A DNA stretch of 64,000 nt. Source: Candidatus Aenigmatarchaeota archaeon (GTDB lineage Archaea; Aenigmatarchaeota; Aenigmatarchaeia; CG10238-14; SCSR01). Both the position numbers and the translations under genes were made by a program. Shown piece by piece: positions 1 through 9,576 of this stretch. The notes beneath the pieces were generated by a model, which was not told the DNA's origin, did no database searches, and saw only the letters and a program-made list of their open reading frames with translations. Positions within the stretch are counted from its first letter, which is position 1, and each line of letters begins with the position of its first letter. The stretch is taken from NCBI GenBank assembly GCA_038998335.1, contig JAVZHQ010000001.1, positions 224,001 through 288,000 on the forward strand, given 5' to 3'.

Positions 1-168
1 GGAAGACTTGAATACGTAAGAAGAGAGGCCAGAAAACTTCAAGAAGAAAGAGCCAGACTAATCCTAGGCAACTATTATTCTATTTACTATTCGAGGGCTA
101 AGGAAGTTTTTACTGCTTTTTACAATCTTTTAGATTACTTAAAAGATTTGTTTCAACTTAAAACTTGA
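1..168 (+). CDS. 3' end of a hypothetical protein (partial)
   Basis: Frame 1 is open from the window edge: GRLEYVRREARKLQEERARL...LFQLKT*. Confidence 0.55.
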   Translation, partial: GRLEYVRREARKLQEERARLILGNYYSIYYSRAKEVFTAFYNLLDYLKDLFQLKT

Positions 169-247
169 ATTATATCTTTTGATTCAAAAAATTTTAAATA
201 CTTGTTCTTGAATTATTTTTAAATATCGAAGGAGGAAAATCGCTTAG

Positions 248-403
248 ATGACTGAAGTTATAAAAAGTTATTTTAGGGAAATGAGCGATTCTCTGATAGA
301 AATCGACTATTCCTGGAATGAAATTTACAGAAAGACTAATCCCTACTCTTACGACGCGCTAGCTTTTTCCCTCGAAAATTTGGATAAGATGTTTCAGCAA
401 TAA
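248..403 (+). CDS. small hypothetical protein (51 aa), not in ORF track
   Basis: MTEVIKSYFREMSDS...DKMFQQ*; GGAGGA upstream; fills the gap between neighbouring genes. Confidence 0.5.
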   Translation: MTEVIKSYFREMSDSLIEIDYSWNEIYRKTNPYSYDALAFSLENLDKMFQQ

Positions 404-861
404 TGCTTGCTAACTTGCTCAGGAGCTATCTCACAAGCCACAGAAAGAACTTGAAAACTCTTATCTATAGTAAACTCTTTCAAACAGACAGTTAAATTTT
501 CATAGTTGAAACAGAATATTTCAAAAGGCATTATAGCTCCTCTACAATTAAAAACGCTTTCAGTTTTCTTGCACACAAAATTGGAAAAATAACATACGCT
601 ATAATTTTCGGAAATTTTTTCATAACCTATGGGAAAGCCAGAATCCAAACCAGCGTTAGGAAATGTTTCTGTATATTCTTTTGCTTTTCTAGACAAGAAA
701 GCTTTAATTTCTTTCTCAATAACACAACCCTTCCTTTCTTCTCTTCGAAGATTTAATAAATGAGGATTAAGAGCTATCAACCCAACTACCACAAAAATAG
801 AAATAAGTAGAAGCATAGACTTCAAACTTCCTTTAAAAATTTTATTCACCCTTAAGAGCAA
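394..861 (-). CDS. hypothetical membrane-anchored Cys-containing protein
   Basis: N-terminal hydrophobic helix; several Cys. Confidence 0.6.
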   Translation of the reverse strand: MLLRVNKIFKGSLKSMLLLISIFVVVGLIALNPHLLNLRREERKGCVIEKEIKAFLSRKAKEYTETFPNAGLDSGFPIGYEKISENYSVCYFSNFVCKKTESVFNCRGAIMPFEIFCFNYENLTVCLKEFTIDKSFQVLSVACEIAPEQVSKHYC

Positions 862-1175
862 TTAACTTGAAAAGATGTTTTTGCGTTAGTGCAAATAACG
901 TCGCCAAACCCTAAGTAATAATACTTGTAATCGTAGCCAAAACCATAAAGAGTTTTTGTGCAGCACTTAAGCCTTGCATAATTTTGTAGCAAAACATCAT
1001 ATTTTTCTTGTAAATCTTTAATCTTTGCTTCACAATCTTGAGTAGAAACTCTTGCAAACTGCCCTGAAAAGCTTATACCAGTTATAAAACTCAAGAGAAA
1101 AATCGAAACAAAGACCGAAGCAAGTAAAACATTATTTCTTTTTCTTTTTATAACTGGAGCAGGTATTTCCATCAC
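852..1175 (-). CDS. hypothetical membrane-anchored protein
   Basis: N-terminal TM helix followed by a short coiled coil. Confidence 0.6.
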   Translation of the reverse strand: MMEIPAPVIKRKRNNVLLASVFVSIFLLSFITGISFSGQFARVSTQDCEAKIKDLQEKYDVLLQNYARLKCCTKTLYGFGYDYKYYYLGFGDVICTNAKTSFQVNCS

Positions 1176-1204
1176 TTTTTTGTTGGTTTGTCAATCTTAA
1201 ATAT

Positions 1205-1687
1205 TTAAGCCAAAGGGCTAAAAGTTGAGATTAAGTCACCAACGTAATGAGTAATCATAACAACTATAATAGTAATCAACAAGTGCTCCAAAATTACTGG
1301 TAATGGTTTTGTTCTTTGCTGTTTTGCCATATAAAAACTAAAAGATGCTATCAACGACAAACCCCAACAAACACTAACAAGTATAGCTTCTTGCAACTCA
1401 AAAATTAAAACAGGAAGTATAAAAGTAGAGGCAAAAAATAATTTTGACAGAAAAGTTGATAGTGTAGCTAGCCAAATCTCTTTTGGTTTACGCTTCTTTT
1501 CTGATTCTTCTGATATATGCATACCTATAGCATCAGAGAAAGCATCAGCTATAGCAATAGCAAGGATTCCACCGATAACAGCTATCCTAGAATGGGTGCT
1601 TGAGTGTAAGCCTACCATTAAGCCGAGAGTCGTTATTATGCCAGAAGTTAAACCAAAACTAAACCCTCTTCTTACCGATGTTTCCAT
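1205..1687 (-). CDS. VIT1/CCC1-family membrane transporter
   Basis: FGLTSGIITTLGL and AIADAFSDAIGMHISEES motifs; about 5 TM helices. Confidence 0.75.
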   Translation of the reverse strand: METSVRRGFSFGLTSGIITTLGLMVGLHSSTHSRIAVIGGILAIAIADAFSDAIGMHISEESEKKRKPKEIWLATLSTFLSKLFFASTFILPVLIFELQEAILVSVCWGLSLIASFSFYMAKQQRTKPLPVILEHLLITIIVVMITHYVGDLISTFSPLA

Positions 1688-1741
1688 AGTTTTAATTTAG
1701 TAAGGATTAAATTTAAAGTAAACCAATAAATTATTGAGAAA

Positions 1742-1993
1742 ATGTTTATTTTTTCGATATTTGGAAAGATTTTCAAGAAGAAAGAGTCAGAGAAAGAAGA
1801 AGAGAGCAAAGAAAGTAAAGAGGCTGAAGAAGAATTTCAAAAAATTGAACCTAAGGATACTTCTTTAAGAAATGTTCCAATAGAAAAAGAAGAAAAGGAA
1901 ATGTTAAAATCCGAGCTTAAACCTGGACCTTTAACGGAAAAATTCTTTGACCTTGCTCCAGTGAGAGAAAAAAAGAAAGAAGAAAAAGAGTAA
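1742..1993 (+). CDS. Glu/Lys-rich hypothetical protein
   Basis: ORF preceded by a TATA-like element. Confidence 0.55.
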   Translation: MFIFSIFGKIFKKKESEKEEESKESKEAEEEFQKIEPKDTSLRNVPIEKEEKEMLKSELKPGPLTEKFFDLAPVREKKKEEKE

Positions 1994-2024
1994 TCAAAAA
2001 TTACATAAAAAACTAAATTATATT

Positions 2025-3005
2025 ATGGCCAAATGGTTAATTTTACTCGTTCTTATCCTAATTCTTTCTTATCTTTTTCTAGAACTTCTTAAAAGTTTTC
2101 AAGGTTTTGAATGGTTTTGTATAAACTGTGAAAACATTTCTGAAGCTGTTTTTGAGAATTTTACCTTTTCTAACCTAAGCAGTATAGAAACTTCTGCTTT
2201 TGCGCCTCTACTTTATGAGAATATAAGATGGAATCATATGCCTTTGAAAGTTTACTTGAACGTTAGTAGTGGTTTAAGCTTGCCCCAGTTTAGTGTTTCA
2301 AACATCGAAAACGTAAGAGAGGCTATGCAAAGATGGGAAAACGCAACTAACAAATTGATTACTTTTGTTGAAGTGACAAAGGCTGAAGAAAGTGATATTA
2401 TAGTAAACTGGGTTAAAACTTTTGAAGCTGGAGGGAAAAAAATTTTAGGTGAAGGCGGGCCTGTTGTTAGGGATACAGGCTTGTTTAATTTAACAATAAG
2501 GGGTGAAATCTATCTTTTAGTTCAAAGAATTAAGTGCTTGGATATAACAACAGCCACTCATGAGCTTGGTCATGTTTTAGGTTTTGACCACTCAAAAAAC
2601 TTTCAGGATATAATGTACCCTACTGCTGACTGCTCTCAAAGAATAAGTGAAGCAGAGGTTAAAACCCTTTTTGAGCTTTATAAAGTTCCGCCCAAGCCAG
2701 AGTTATACTTTCTAAACGCTTCAGTTAAAAAACCAGGAAAGTATTTAAACTTAGAGTTTGCAGTTAAGAATTCTGGTTTAATAACCTCTTTAAAAACTTC
2801 TGTAGACTTAGTTCTTGACAATAAAACAGTAAGGAGTTTTGATTTGCCAAAACTTGAGCCAGGAGAGACTATCGTAATAAGAATTAGTAACATAATGATT
2901 CCAAGCTTTAAGGTTTTACAGCTTTTTGTTGACTCAAAGAATAGTAATGACGAAATTTATGAGGATAATAATTTCGTAACTTTGGTGAGACTTGAACAAG
3001 CTTAA
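2025..3005 (+). CDS. matrixin (M10)-family zinc metalloprotease with C-terminal CARDB/Ig-like domain
   Basis: Signal anchor; HELGHVLGFDH zinc motif; Met-turn DIMYP; C-terminal VD..N...EIYEDNN. Confidence 0.85.
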   Translation: MAKWLILLVLILILSYLFLELLKSFQGFEWFCINCENISEAVFENFTFSNLSSIETSAFAPLLYENIRWNHMPLKVYLNVSSGLSLPQFSVSNIENVREAMQRWENATNKLITFVEVTKAEESDIIVNWVKTFEAGGKKILGEGGPVVRDTGLFNLTIRGEIYLLVQRIKCLDITTATHELGHVLGFDHSKNFQDIMYPTADCSQRISEAEVKTLFELYKVPPKPELYFLNASVKKPGKYLNLEFAVKNSGLITSLKTSVDLVLDNKTVRSFDLPKLEPGETIVIRISNIMIPSFKVLQLFVDSKNSNDEIYEDNNFVTLVRLEQA

Positions 3006-3030
3006 ATCTTTTTCTACTACTTCTTTAAGT

Positions 3031-3252
3031 ATGGGAGAAGATTTAAAATACCAAATACTTTCTAAACTTGCTTCCTCAAAAAATGGTCTTTATCTTTCCC
3101 AGTTTTACGATAAAAATTATGATTTCCTAGACTTCTTCAAAGTGCTCATGAGTTTATACAACGAAAAACTTGTAGAAAGAAATAAAGTTACGAGAAAATA
3201 TGAAATAACTTCAAAAGGCTTGGAAGAATTTAAAAAGATAAAGCAAGCTTAA
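3031..3252 (+). CDS. small winged-helix protein
   Basis: ATG at 3031 behind CTTAAAT; LVERNKVTRKYEITSKG wing motif. Confidence 0.6.
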   Translation: MGEDLKYQILSKLASSKNGLYLSQFYDKNYDFLDFFKVLMSLYNEKLVERNKVTRKYEITSKGLEEFKKIKQA

Positions 3253-3278
3253 ATTTTTTAACTACGATTCAATAATAA

Positions 3279-4145
3279 ATGAAGGAAAGGAGCTTCCTCA
3301 CAGAATCTAGCAAATTTGAAGAAGCAGACATAGTGATATTTGGAGTTCCCTTAGGGAAAGATGCTAAAAAAATTTTAACCTTTTTAAGAGAAACTAGCTG
3401 GTTTGTTGAATTTTTTGACGTAGATAAAAAAAGAAATTTGATAGAAAAAGTTAAATTTTATGATGCTGGCGACGTTCAACTAACAAGCGAGAATGATATT
3501 GTAGTTAAAACAAAAGAAATACTTGAAAGTAAAAAAATCCCTTTGATTCTTGGAAAATCCCATTTGTTAACTTTGTTTGCTCTAAGAGCTTTTGATAACG
3601 TGAAAGTTGTAAGTTTTGACGCTCATGCAGACATTAAAAATGAATACTATGACGAAAAAATTTCTCAGTCAACAGAACCTTTAAGAATAAAAGAGCAAGC
3701 GAGATACAATTGCACAACTTGGCTAAGAAGAGCTTTTGAGGAAGGTAAGAAAGATATAGCTATTGTAGGTTTAAGGTCTTGTGATGAAGATGATTTCTCT
3801 TTTATAGAAAAAAATAAAATTTTAGCTTTCTCGCCAAATAAAATAAAAAAAGACTTTTACGAGAAAAAAAGGATAAAAGAAAATCTTAAAAAATTTGTTA
3901 GGGATTCGAAAGTTTATTTAAGCATAGATATAGATGTTTTCGACCCAAGCATTGCCCCTGCTGTTGAGCATCCTGAACCAAATGGTTTACTACTCCCTGA
4001 GTTTTTGGAACTATTAGAAATTTTTAAAGGAAAAATTGTAGGTTTTGACTTGGTTGAAATAGCTTTTTGCGAGAAAAAACTTATGGAAATAACAGAATTC
4101 TTAGCTACTAGAGTTATTCTTGAAGTTCTGTCCAGAATTAAGTAA
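3279..4145 (+). CDS. arginase/agmatinase-family ureohydrolase (divergent)
   Basis: FDAHAD and SIDIDVFDP metal motifs; GGEH replaced by GKSH. Confidence 0.8.
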   Translation: MKERSFLTESSKFEEADIVIFGVPLGKDAKKILTFLRETSWFVEFFDVDKKRNLIEKVKFYDAGDVQLTSENDIVVKTKEILESKKIPLILGKSHLLTLFALRAFDNVKVVSFDAHADIKNEYYDEKISQSTEPLRIKEQARYNCTTWLRRAFEEGKKDIAIVGLRSCDEDDFSFIEKNKILAFSPNKIKKDFYEKKRIKENLKKFVRDSKVYLSIDIDVFDPSIAPAVEHPEPNGLLLPEFLELLEIFKGKIVGFDLVEIAFCEKKLMEITEFLATRVILEVLSRIK

Positions 4146-4967
4146 GTTTAAGTAGGCTTCCCTTATTCCTCTAAACCCAAGATTTTTTGCTTGCAACTTT
4201 GTGAAGTATTTTCTTCCAAGCTTTTCTATTCCTTTGTGAATTCCTGAGCTGTACTGAAAAGATTTCTTGACTTTGAAAGCAATTTCTTTTGGTACACCAA
4301 GCTCAAAAGCAATTTCTCTGGTTATATGCTTTCTTAAGTTATCTTCTGGGCTTTTAATTTTAAGCTGAAGAGGAACTTTTTTTGCAAAATTTATGAAATT
4401 TTGGTCAAGAAAAGGTTCTGAGTAGCTTATTCCAAAAAAACTTGCAATTTTCCTTACAGCTTCTTGGTTTTCAAAAGCTTTTTCTAAGGTTCTTTCCATA
4501 AACTCAAAAAAGGCATCTTCGCTTATTTTTAAAAACTTGCAAAATCTTTTATAACCGCAAAACAATTCATCTAAACCGTTAGCGCTTAGAACAACTTTTA
4601 TATTATTTTCTTTCGCAAGCATAAAGGTGAAATAAAAACCGACTCTAATTTCTAAGTCAACCAAGGTTTTGGGTTTTGTGAGTGAAATTACTTTTTTAAT
4701 CCCTTCTTCCAACTCTTCTAAACTTAAGGGTTTAGTATAATGAGGAAGATTTAAAGCCTGACTCGAGATTTTTGAATTTTTTAAATCGAAAGAATTTTCT
4801 AAACCAACGGTTAAAAGCTTAACCTTTTTCCCTAGCCTCTCACAAGCTTTCGCAAGCAAAGAGCTATCACAACCACCAGAAAATGCAATTCCAACTTCTT
4901 TTTTTCTACAATTTCTTTCTATGGTTGAAAAAATTTCTTCAATTAATTTTTGCTTTATTTCTTCCAT
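4101..4967 (-). CDS. asparagine synthase C-terminal-domain protein (PP-loop ATPase, no glutaminase domain)
   Basis: AFSGGCDSS, GLDELFCGY, PFLD, KKSFQYSSG. Confidence 0.8.
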   Translation of the reverse strand: MEEIKQKLIEEIFSTIERNCRKKEVGIAFSGGCDSSLLAKACERLGKKVKLLTVGLENSFDLKNSKISSQALNLPHYTKPLSLEELEEGIKKVISLTKPKTLVDLEIRVGFYFTFMLAKENNIKVVLSANGLDELFCGYKRFCKFLKISEDAFFEFMERTLEKAFENQEAVRKIASFFGISYSEPFLDQNFINFAKKVPLQLKIKSPEDNLRKHITREIAFELGVPKEIAFKVKKSFQYSSGIHKGIEKLGRKYFTKLQAKNLGFRGIREAYLNLLNSGQNFKNNSSS

Positions 4968-5018
4968 AATTTTAAATATTAAGGTAATTAAAAGTTTAAG
5001 TTGAATTATTTAATAGAA

Positions 5019-5104
5019 GCAGGGGTCGCCTAGCCTGGTCAAGGGCGCAGGCCTGAGGCGCCTGTGGCTTAGTGCCTTCCTGGGTTCAAATCCCAGCCCC
5101 TGCA
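5019..5104 (+). tRNA. tRNA-Leu(GAG), no intron, CCA not encoded
   Basis: Acceptor GCAGGGG/CCCCTGC; anticodon arm CAGGC-CTGAGGC-GCCTG; long variable arm; GTTCAAATC. Confidence 0.95.
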
Positions 5105-5214
5105 CTAGATTCTATTCCCATGCACTTGACAGGATTTATCATAAACTCTAAATTATACAAGGAAAGATGGCATCTATTAGTAGACTTAAATCTTTTTCTA
5201 ACTATATTTTTACC

Positions 5215-6357
5215 ATGAGAATAAAATATTCTGATTTTGTTGATTATAGAAAACTAGACCCTGTTAAAAAAATGGCTTTAGAAATTTTTGAACCAACTCT
5301 AAAATATCCTGAAAGATTAGGATTAAGACTACTACCAGAAAGTTTAGGGCAGACAGCTCCTATTTTTGAGCCTGTTGGAATAAAAGATTCAGATTTTTTG
5401 ATAGTAGGTCCAAACGTAGAAGGACTTGGAACAAAAAACTTAGTTGCAGATTGCATGTACAATGAAATTGTTGAGAAAAAAAGGATTGCAGAAAATTTGG
5501 ATGTTAAAAAATTGTATAGATGTATAGGACAAGATACAGCTGCTATGTCAGTTAACGATGTTTTGGCCGTTGGTGCAGACCCATACGTTTACTGTGATAT
5601 AATTGCATGTGGAAAAGCATCATGGTTTGATGACCTTGAAAGAACAAGAGAATTGCTGTTAGGATACAGACAGGCTGCTGATATAGGACAGTTTGCAATT
5701 CCTCAAGGTGAAACTCCTGAACTACCTGGAATAGTAAACTCTGAAACTTTGGATTTGGCTGGAGCTTCTTGCGGGCTAGTAAGACCAAAGAGCAGATACA
5801 TTACTGGAGAAAAAATAGAGGAAGGGGATATAATTTATGGACTTGCAAGTAGTGGGATTCATGCTAATGGTTTGAGCAAGGCAAGAAAGATTGCAGAAAA
5901 ACTTCCTGAAGGTTTCTTTACAGAGCTATCTAACGGAAAAACCTTAGGTGAAGAACTTTTAACTCCTACTCACATTTACTCTAGGTTAGTAATGGAATTG
6001 TTTGAATTTATAGATATTCACTTTTTACAGCCAATAACTGGGCATGGATGGAAAAAAATTATGAGGGTAAGAAAACCTTTTACCTATGTGATAGAGAATG
6101 TTCCAGAGCCATCTTTAATCTTTCAGGAATTAATTGAGTTTGGGAAAAAATATGGTTTTGATGTTTCTGATTTTGAAAATTATCAAGTATGGAATATGGG
6201 CGTTGGATATATTATCATAGGGCCTAAATTTGATGTAGATGCTGTAAGAAAAGTAGTTAGAAGAAATTCTAATATAGAAGTCTACGAGTTGGGCTATGTA
6301 AAAAAAGGAGAAAAGCAAGTAATAATAAAACCAAAAAATATTGTGTATAAGGATTAA
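5215..6357 (+). CDS. purM: phosphoribosylformylglycinamidine cyclo-ligase (AIR synthetase)
   Basis: EGLGTK, AMSVND, GETPELPG, SSGIHANG, ITGHG, WNMGVG; start reassigned to ATG 5215. Confidence 0.88.
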   Translation: MRIKYSDFVDYRKLDPVKKMALEIFEPTLKYPERLGLRLLPESLGQTAPIFEPVGIKDSDFLIVGPNVEGLGTKNLVADCMYNEIVEKKRIAENLDVKKLYRCIGQDTAAMSVNDVLAVGADPYVYCDIIACGKASWFDDLERTRELLLGYRQAADIGQFAIPQGETPELPGIVNSETLDLAGASCGLVRPKSRYITGEKIEEGDIIYGLASSGIHANGLSKARKIAEKLPEGFFTELSNGKTLGEELLTPTHIYSRLVMELFEFIDIHFLQPITGHGWKKIMRVRKPFTYVIENVPEPSLIFQELIEFGKKYGFDVSDFENYQVWNMGVGYIIIGPKFDVDAVRKVVRRNSNIEVYELGYVKKGEKQVIIKPKNIVYKD

Positions 6358-6373
6358 AAATTTAGGTGATAAA

Positions 6374-7777
6374 ATGAGCGAAGAAAAAGTATCGATATTT
6401 GATTTGTTTTCTCCAACAGACTATAGGTACTCTGTTGAAGAATTAAAGCAATATCTATCAGAAGAGGCTTTTGTTAAGTACAAATCAAAAGTGGAAGCAG
6501 CGTTAGCTAAAGTTAAAGCAAGAAGAGGCATGATAACCCAAGAATCTGCTGAAGAAATTTTTAAAGCTTGTGAACAAGTTAAAGCAAAAGAAGTTTACGA
6601 GGAAGAAGAAAGAACAAGACATGACATAATAGCTCAAGTCAATATGATAAGGAAAAGAGTTAGTGATGAAGCAAAGCCAGCTGTACATGTACCAGCAACC
6701 TCTTATGATATAGTTGACACTGCTAATATGCTACGCTATAGAGATGCTTTTAAAAATGTTATTATTCCTGATATGGTTTCTTTGGAAAAAGTTTGGATAG
6801 AGCTAGCTAGAAAAGAAAAAGATACTTTACAAATAGGCAGAACTCATCTGCAGCATGCCGAACCTATAACATTTGGTTTTACAATGGCCTGGTATGTTAG
6901 TAGGTTTGGAAGAAGAATTTTAAAAGTAAAAGAGGCGGTTGAAAGCTTGGAGGGGAAATTTTCAGGTGCAGTAGGCGCCTATAACGCTTCTTCTTTATTT
7001 TTTGATAATCCTGAAGAATTTGAGAGAGAAGTTTTGGCAGAATTGGGAATAAAACCAACTGAAATTTCCACTCAAATAGTACAACCAGAACCTTTAGCAG
7101 ATTTGATGCATTATGTTTTTAGCAGCTTTAATATTCTAGCAAACTGGGCAAGAGATATGAGGAACTTGCAAAGACCAGAAATAGGAGAAGTAGGTCAGCC
7201 AAGAGGTAAAGATATTTCAAGCTCTTCAACTATGCCACATAAAGCAAACCCTATAGGATTAGAAAATATAGAAAGTTTGTGGAAGGCAACGATTCCCTAC
7301 ATTTTCACAACTTATTTAGATCAAATTTCAGACCATCAACGTGACTTAACAAATTCTGCTTCCCAAAGGTTTATACCCCAAATACTTGTTCAGTTTGACT
7401 ATGCTGTAAGAAGGGCTAAAAGAATTTCTGAAAACCTTAAACCCCATTATCACAATATGCTCAAAAACTTTGAAATGAATAAGGACAAGATAATCGCAGA
7501 GCCTCTCCACGTCTTACTTTCTTTCTATGGGCATCCAAACTCTCATGAATACGTGAGCAAGCTCGTTGAACAGTCTTACTCTACTGGTAAACCATTAACA
7601 GAAATTATTACTCAAGATGAAAACCTTAAACCTTATCTTGAAAAGTTTACTGAAGAACAAAAGAATATGATTTTCAATCCTTCCAAATATGTTGGAATCG
7701 CTCCTCAAAAAGCAGAAAAAATTGCAAACTTTTGGGAAAAAAGACTTAAAGAGGCAATTTGTTATAACCAAAAATAA
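6374..7777 (+). CDS. purB: adenylosuccinate lyase
   Basis: TRHD, GRTHLQHAEP, SSTMPHKANP signature; GGTG SD before ATG 6374. Confidence 0.9.
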   Translation: MSEEKVSIFDLFSPTDYRYSVEELKQYLSEEAFVKYKSKVEAALAKVKARRGMITQESAEEIFKACEQVKAKEVYEEEERTRHDIIAQVNMIRKRVSDEAKPAVHVPATSYDIVDTANMLRYRDAFKNVIIPDMVSLEKVWIELARKEKDTLQIGRTHLQHAEPITFGFTMAWYVSRFGRRILKVKEAVESLEGKFSGAVGAYNASSLFFDNPEEFEREVLAELGIKPTEISTQIVQPEPLADLMHYVFSSFNILANWARDMRNLQRPEIGEVGQPRGKDISSSSTMPHKANPIGLENIESLWKATIPYIFTTYLDQISDHQRDLTNSASQRFIPQILVQFDYAVRRAKRISENLKPHYHNMLKNFEMNKDKIIAEPLHVLLSFYGHPNSHEYVSKLVEQSYSTGKPLTEIITQDENLKPYLEKFTEEQKNMIFNPSKYVGIAPQKAEKIANFWEKRLKEAICYNQK

Positions 7778-7808
7778 GTTTAAAAGTTTTAAATTAAAAT
7801 AAAAAAGC

Positions 7809-9068
7809 ATGTACATTCCCAAGAAGACCCTTTTTATTCCTCTTGATGGTACAGTTGATATTTCAGATTATCTCCCTATAATAGATTCATTTTACTTTCA
7901 AAGACTGGATGGAGTTAAACAATTAGATACAGCTGAAACAGTTTACAGAGGAGCAAAGCATTCAAGGTTTGAGCACTCCATAGGGACGATGAATAAATTT
8001 AGAAGAATGTTTTTCCATAGAAATTTACCAAATTCTGATTTAAGCAAAGATGAGCTTAAAAAAGTAGAATTAGCTTCTTTGCTTCATGATTGTTCTCACA
8101 ACGCTTATGCGCATTTAACTGAAGTTATAGAGAAGTCTCTCACAGGAAAATCTCATGATGACAGGTGGGTAGAAACTTTGGAGAAGTATTTTGATAAACC
8201 TTTGAAGGAATGTGGTTTTTCGCCAAAAGATTTGAAAGAAGTTGCTGAGACAAATTTAAGAGAAATAATATGGGATATTGTTGGTGTAGACAAGCTAGAC
8301 TATATCCAGAGAGATTTTTATCATGTTGGTTTTCCAACTATAGAGATAGAACCTCAGCTTACTTATTCGATTTTTCTCAAGAGCAAAGGCCTTTGTATAG
8401 AAGAGAAGAGCTCAGCTTTGGTAACAAACTTCATTCATGCATGGTACGTTGCCCATTCTACGATTTACTGGAGAAAAGCTTGTTTGATACAAGCATCCAT
8501 GATGAGAAGAGCTATATGGGATGCTATTTCACAAGGTTATTTAGAATTAGAGAAAATGAAGGAAATGAGGGATTATGAAGTAGATTATACGCTTTTAAGT
8601 TCAAAAGGCAAAAGCAAAGAGTTGTTTAAAAAAATTCTTTCAAGAAATCTTTACAAAACTGCAGTTACGTTTAAAGTTGAAGGTTACTCTTACTTTGAGA
8701 GAAAAGGTAACAAGCCACTATCAATAGTAGAAGTTCCAGAAGAAGATGTAAATAAAATTTTTGTTGAGGACAGAAATTTTAAAGAAATCTTAGAGTTAGA
8801 AAAAGAACTCTCAAAAGAATTAACTACTGATGTAATAATTTCTACAACTCCACAGCCAGAAAGACTAAAACCAAAAGACCCAAAAATATTTTCTGCAGAT
8901 AGAGAAGAAGTTCAAAAACTTTCAGACATAAACAGTGATTTTTTAAGTTACCAAAAGAAAATACCTAATCATCTTTGGGTAGTAAGGGTTGTAGTTCCTG
9001 CTGAAGATAGAAAAGAAGTGTCAAGAATGTATAAAACAGTCGAAGAATACTTATACTCCAACTCTTAA
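7809..9068 (+). CDS. HD-domain phosphohydrolase (SAMHD1/dNTP triphosphohydrolase-like)
   Basis: FQRL..VKQL, HSRFEHSIG, LLHDCSH, VDKLDYIQRD. Confidence 0.85.
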   Translation: MYIPKKTLFIPLDGTVDISDYLPIIDSFYFQRLDGVKQLDTAETVYRGAKHSRFEHSIGTMNKFRRMFFHRNLPNSDLSKDELKKVELASLLHDCSHNAYAHLTEVIEKSLTGKSHDDRWVETLEKYFDKPLKECGFSPKDLKEVAETNLREIIWDIVGVDKLDYIQRDFYHVGFPTIEIEPQLTYSIFLKSKGLCIEEKSSALVTNFIHAWYVAHSTIYWRKACLIQASMMRRAIWDAISQGYLELEKMKEMRDYEVDYTLLSSKGKSKELFKKILSRNLYKTAVTFKVEGYSYFERKGNKPLSIVEVPEEDVNKIFVEDRNFKEILELEKELSKELTTDVIISTTPQPERLKPKDPKIFSADREEVQKLSDINSDFLSYQKKIPNHLWVVRVVVPAEDRKEVSRMYKTVEEYLYSNS

Positions 9069-9099
9069 CATTTTAAATATTAAATTACAAATTAAAAAT

Positions 9100-9576
9100 A
9101 TGGATGAAAAGGCAGAAGCAAAGGCTATTGAGGAAGAATTGAAAAAAGAGCTCGAATCTTACAAGGCAAGAATTTTGCCTCAGTATTCTAAGAAAGCTGG
9201 CAAAAAATTAAAAAGAATTCAAAAGTACTTAGCTAAACTTAAGCCTTTAAAAATAAAATTTTCTTCAGTTTCAAAAATTGAGGAAGAGGCTAGGAACACT
9301 CTAGCTCAACTCAAAACTCAGATTTCTCAAGCCAAAGAGAAAATAGGTTCTAACAAAGCAAGAATAAAAGCTTTGAAGCAAGAAATTAAAGATTTAAAAA
9401 GAGAAATTCCTTTACTCAAGAAGTATATAAAGGGATGGAAAAAGGAAAGGAAAAAAGCTGCAAAGAAACATAAAAAAGCTTCCAAACTTTTGAGGAAACT
9501 AAAAGCTAAGATTACAAAAATTGAGAAAAGAAAAGAGAAAGTAGTTAAAAGTATGAAAAAGTACTTTAGCAGCTAA
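9100..9576 (+). CDS. Lys-rich coiled-coil protein
   Basis: Heptad pattern; very basic C-terminal half. Confidence 0.65.
   Translation: MDEKAEAKAIEEELKKELESYKARILPQYSKKAGKKLKRIQKYLAKLKPLKIKFSSVSKIEEEARNTLAQLKTQISQAKEKIGSNKARIKALKQEIKDLKREIPLLKKYIKGWKKERKKAAKKHKKASKLLRKLKAKITKIEKRKEKVVKSMKKYFSS

Noticed and set aside
5031-5045. tRNA-Leu D-loop (GGUCAAG) as the target of the intron D' guide
   Set aside because: Only 7 bp including a wobble pair; too short.
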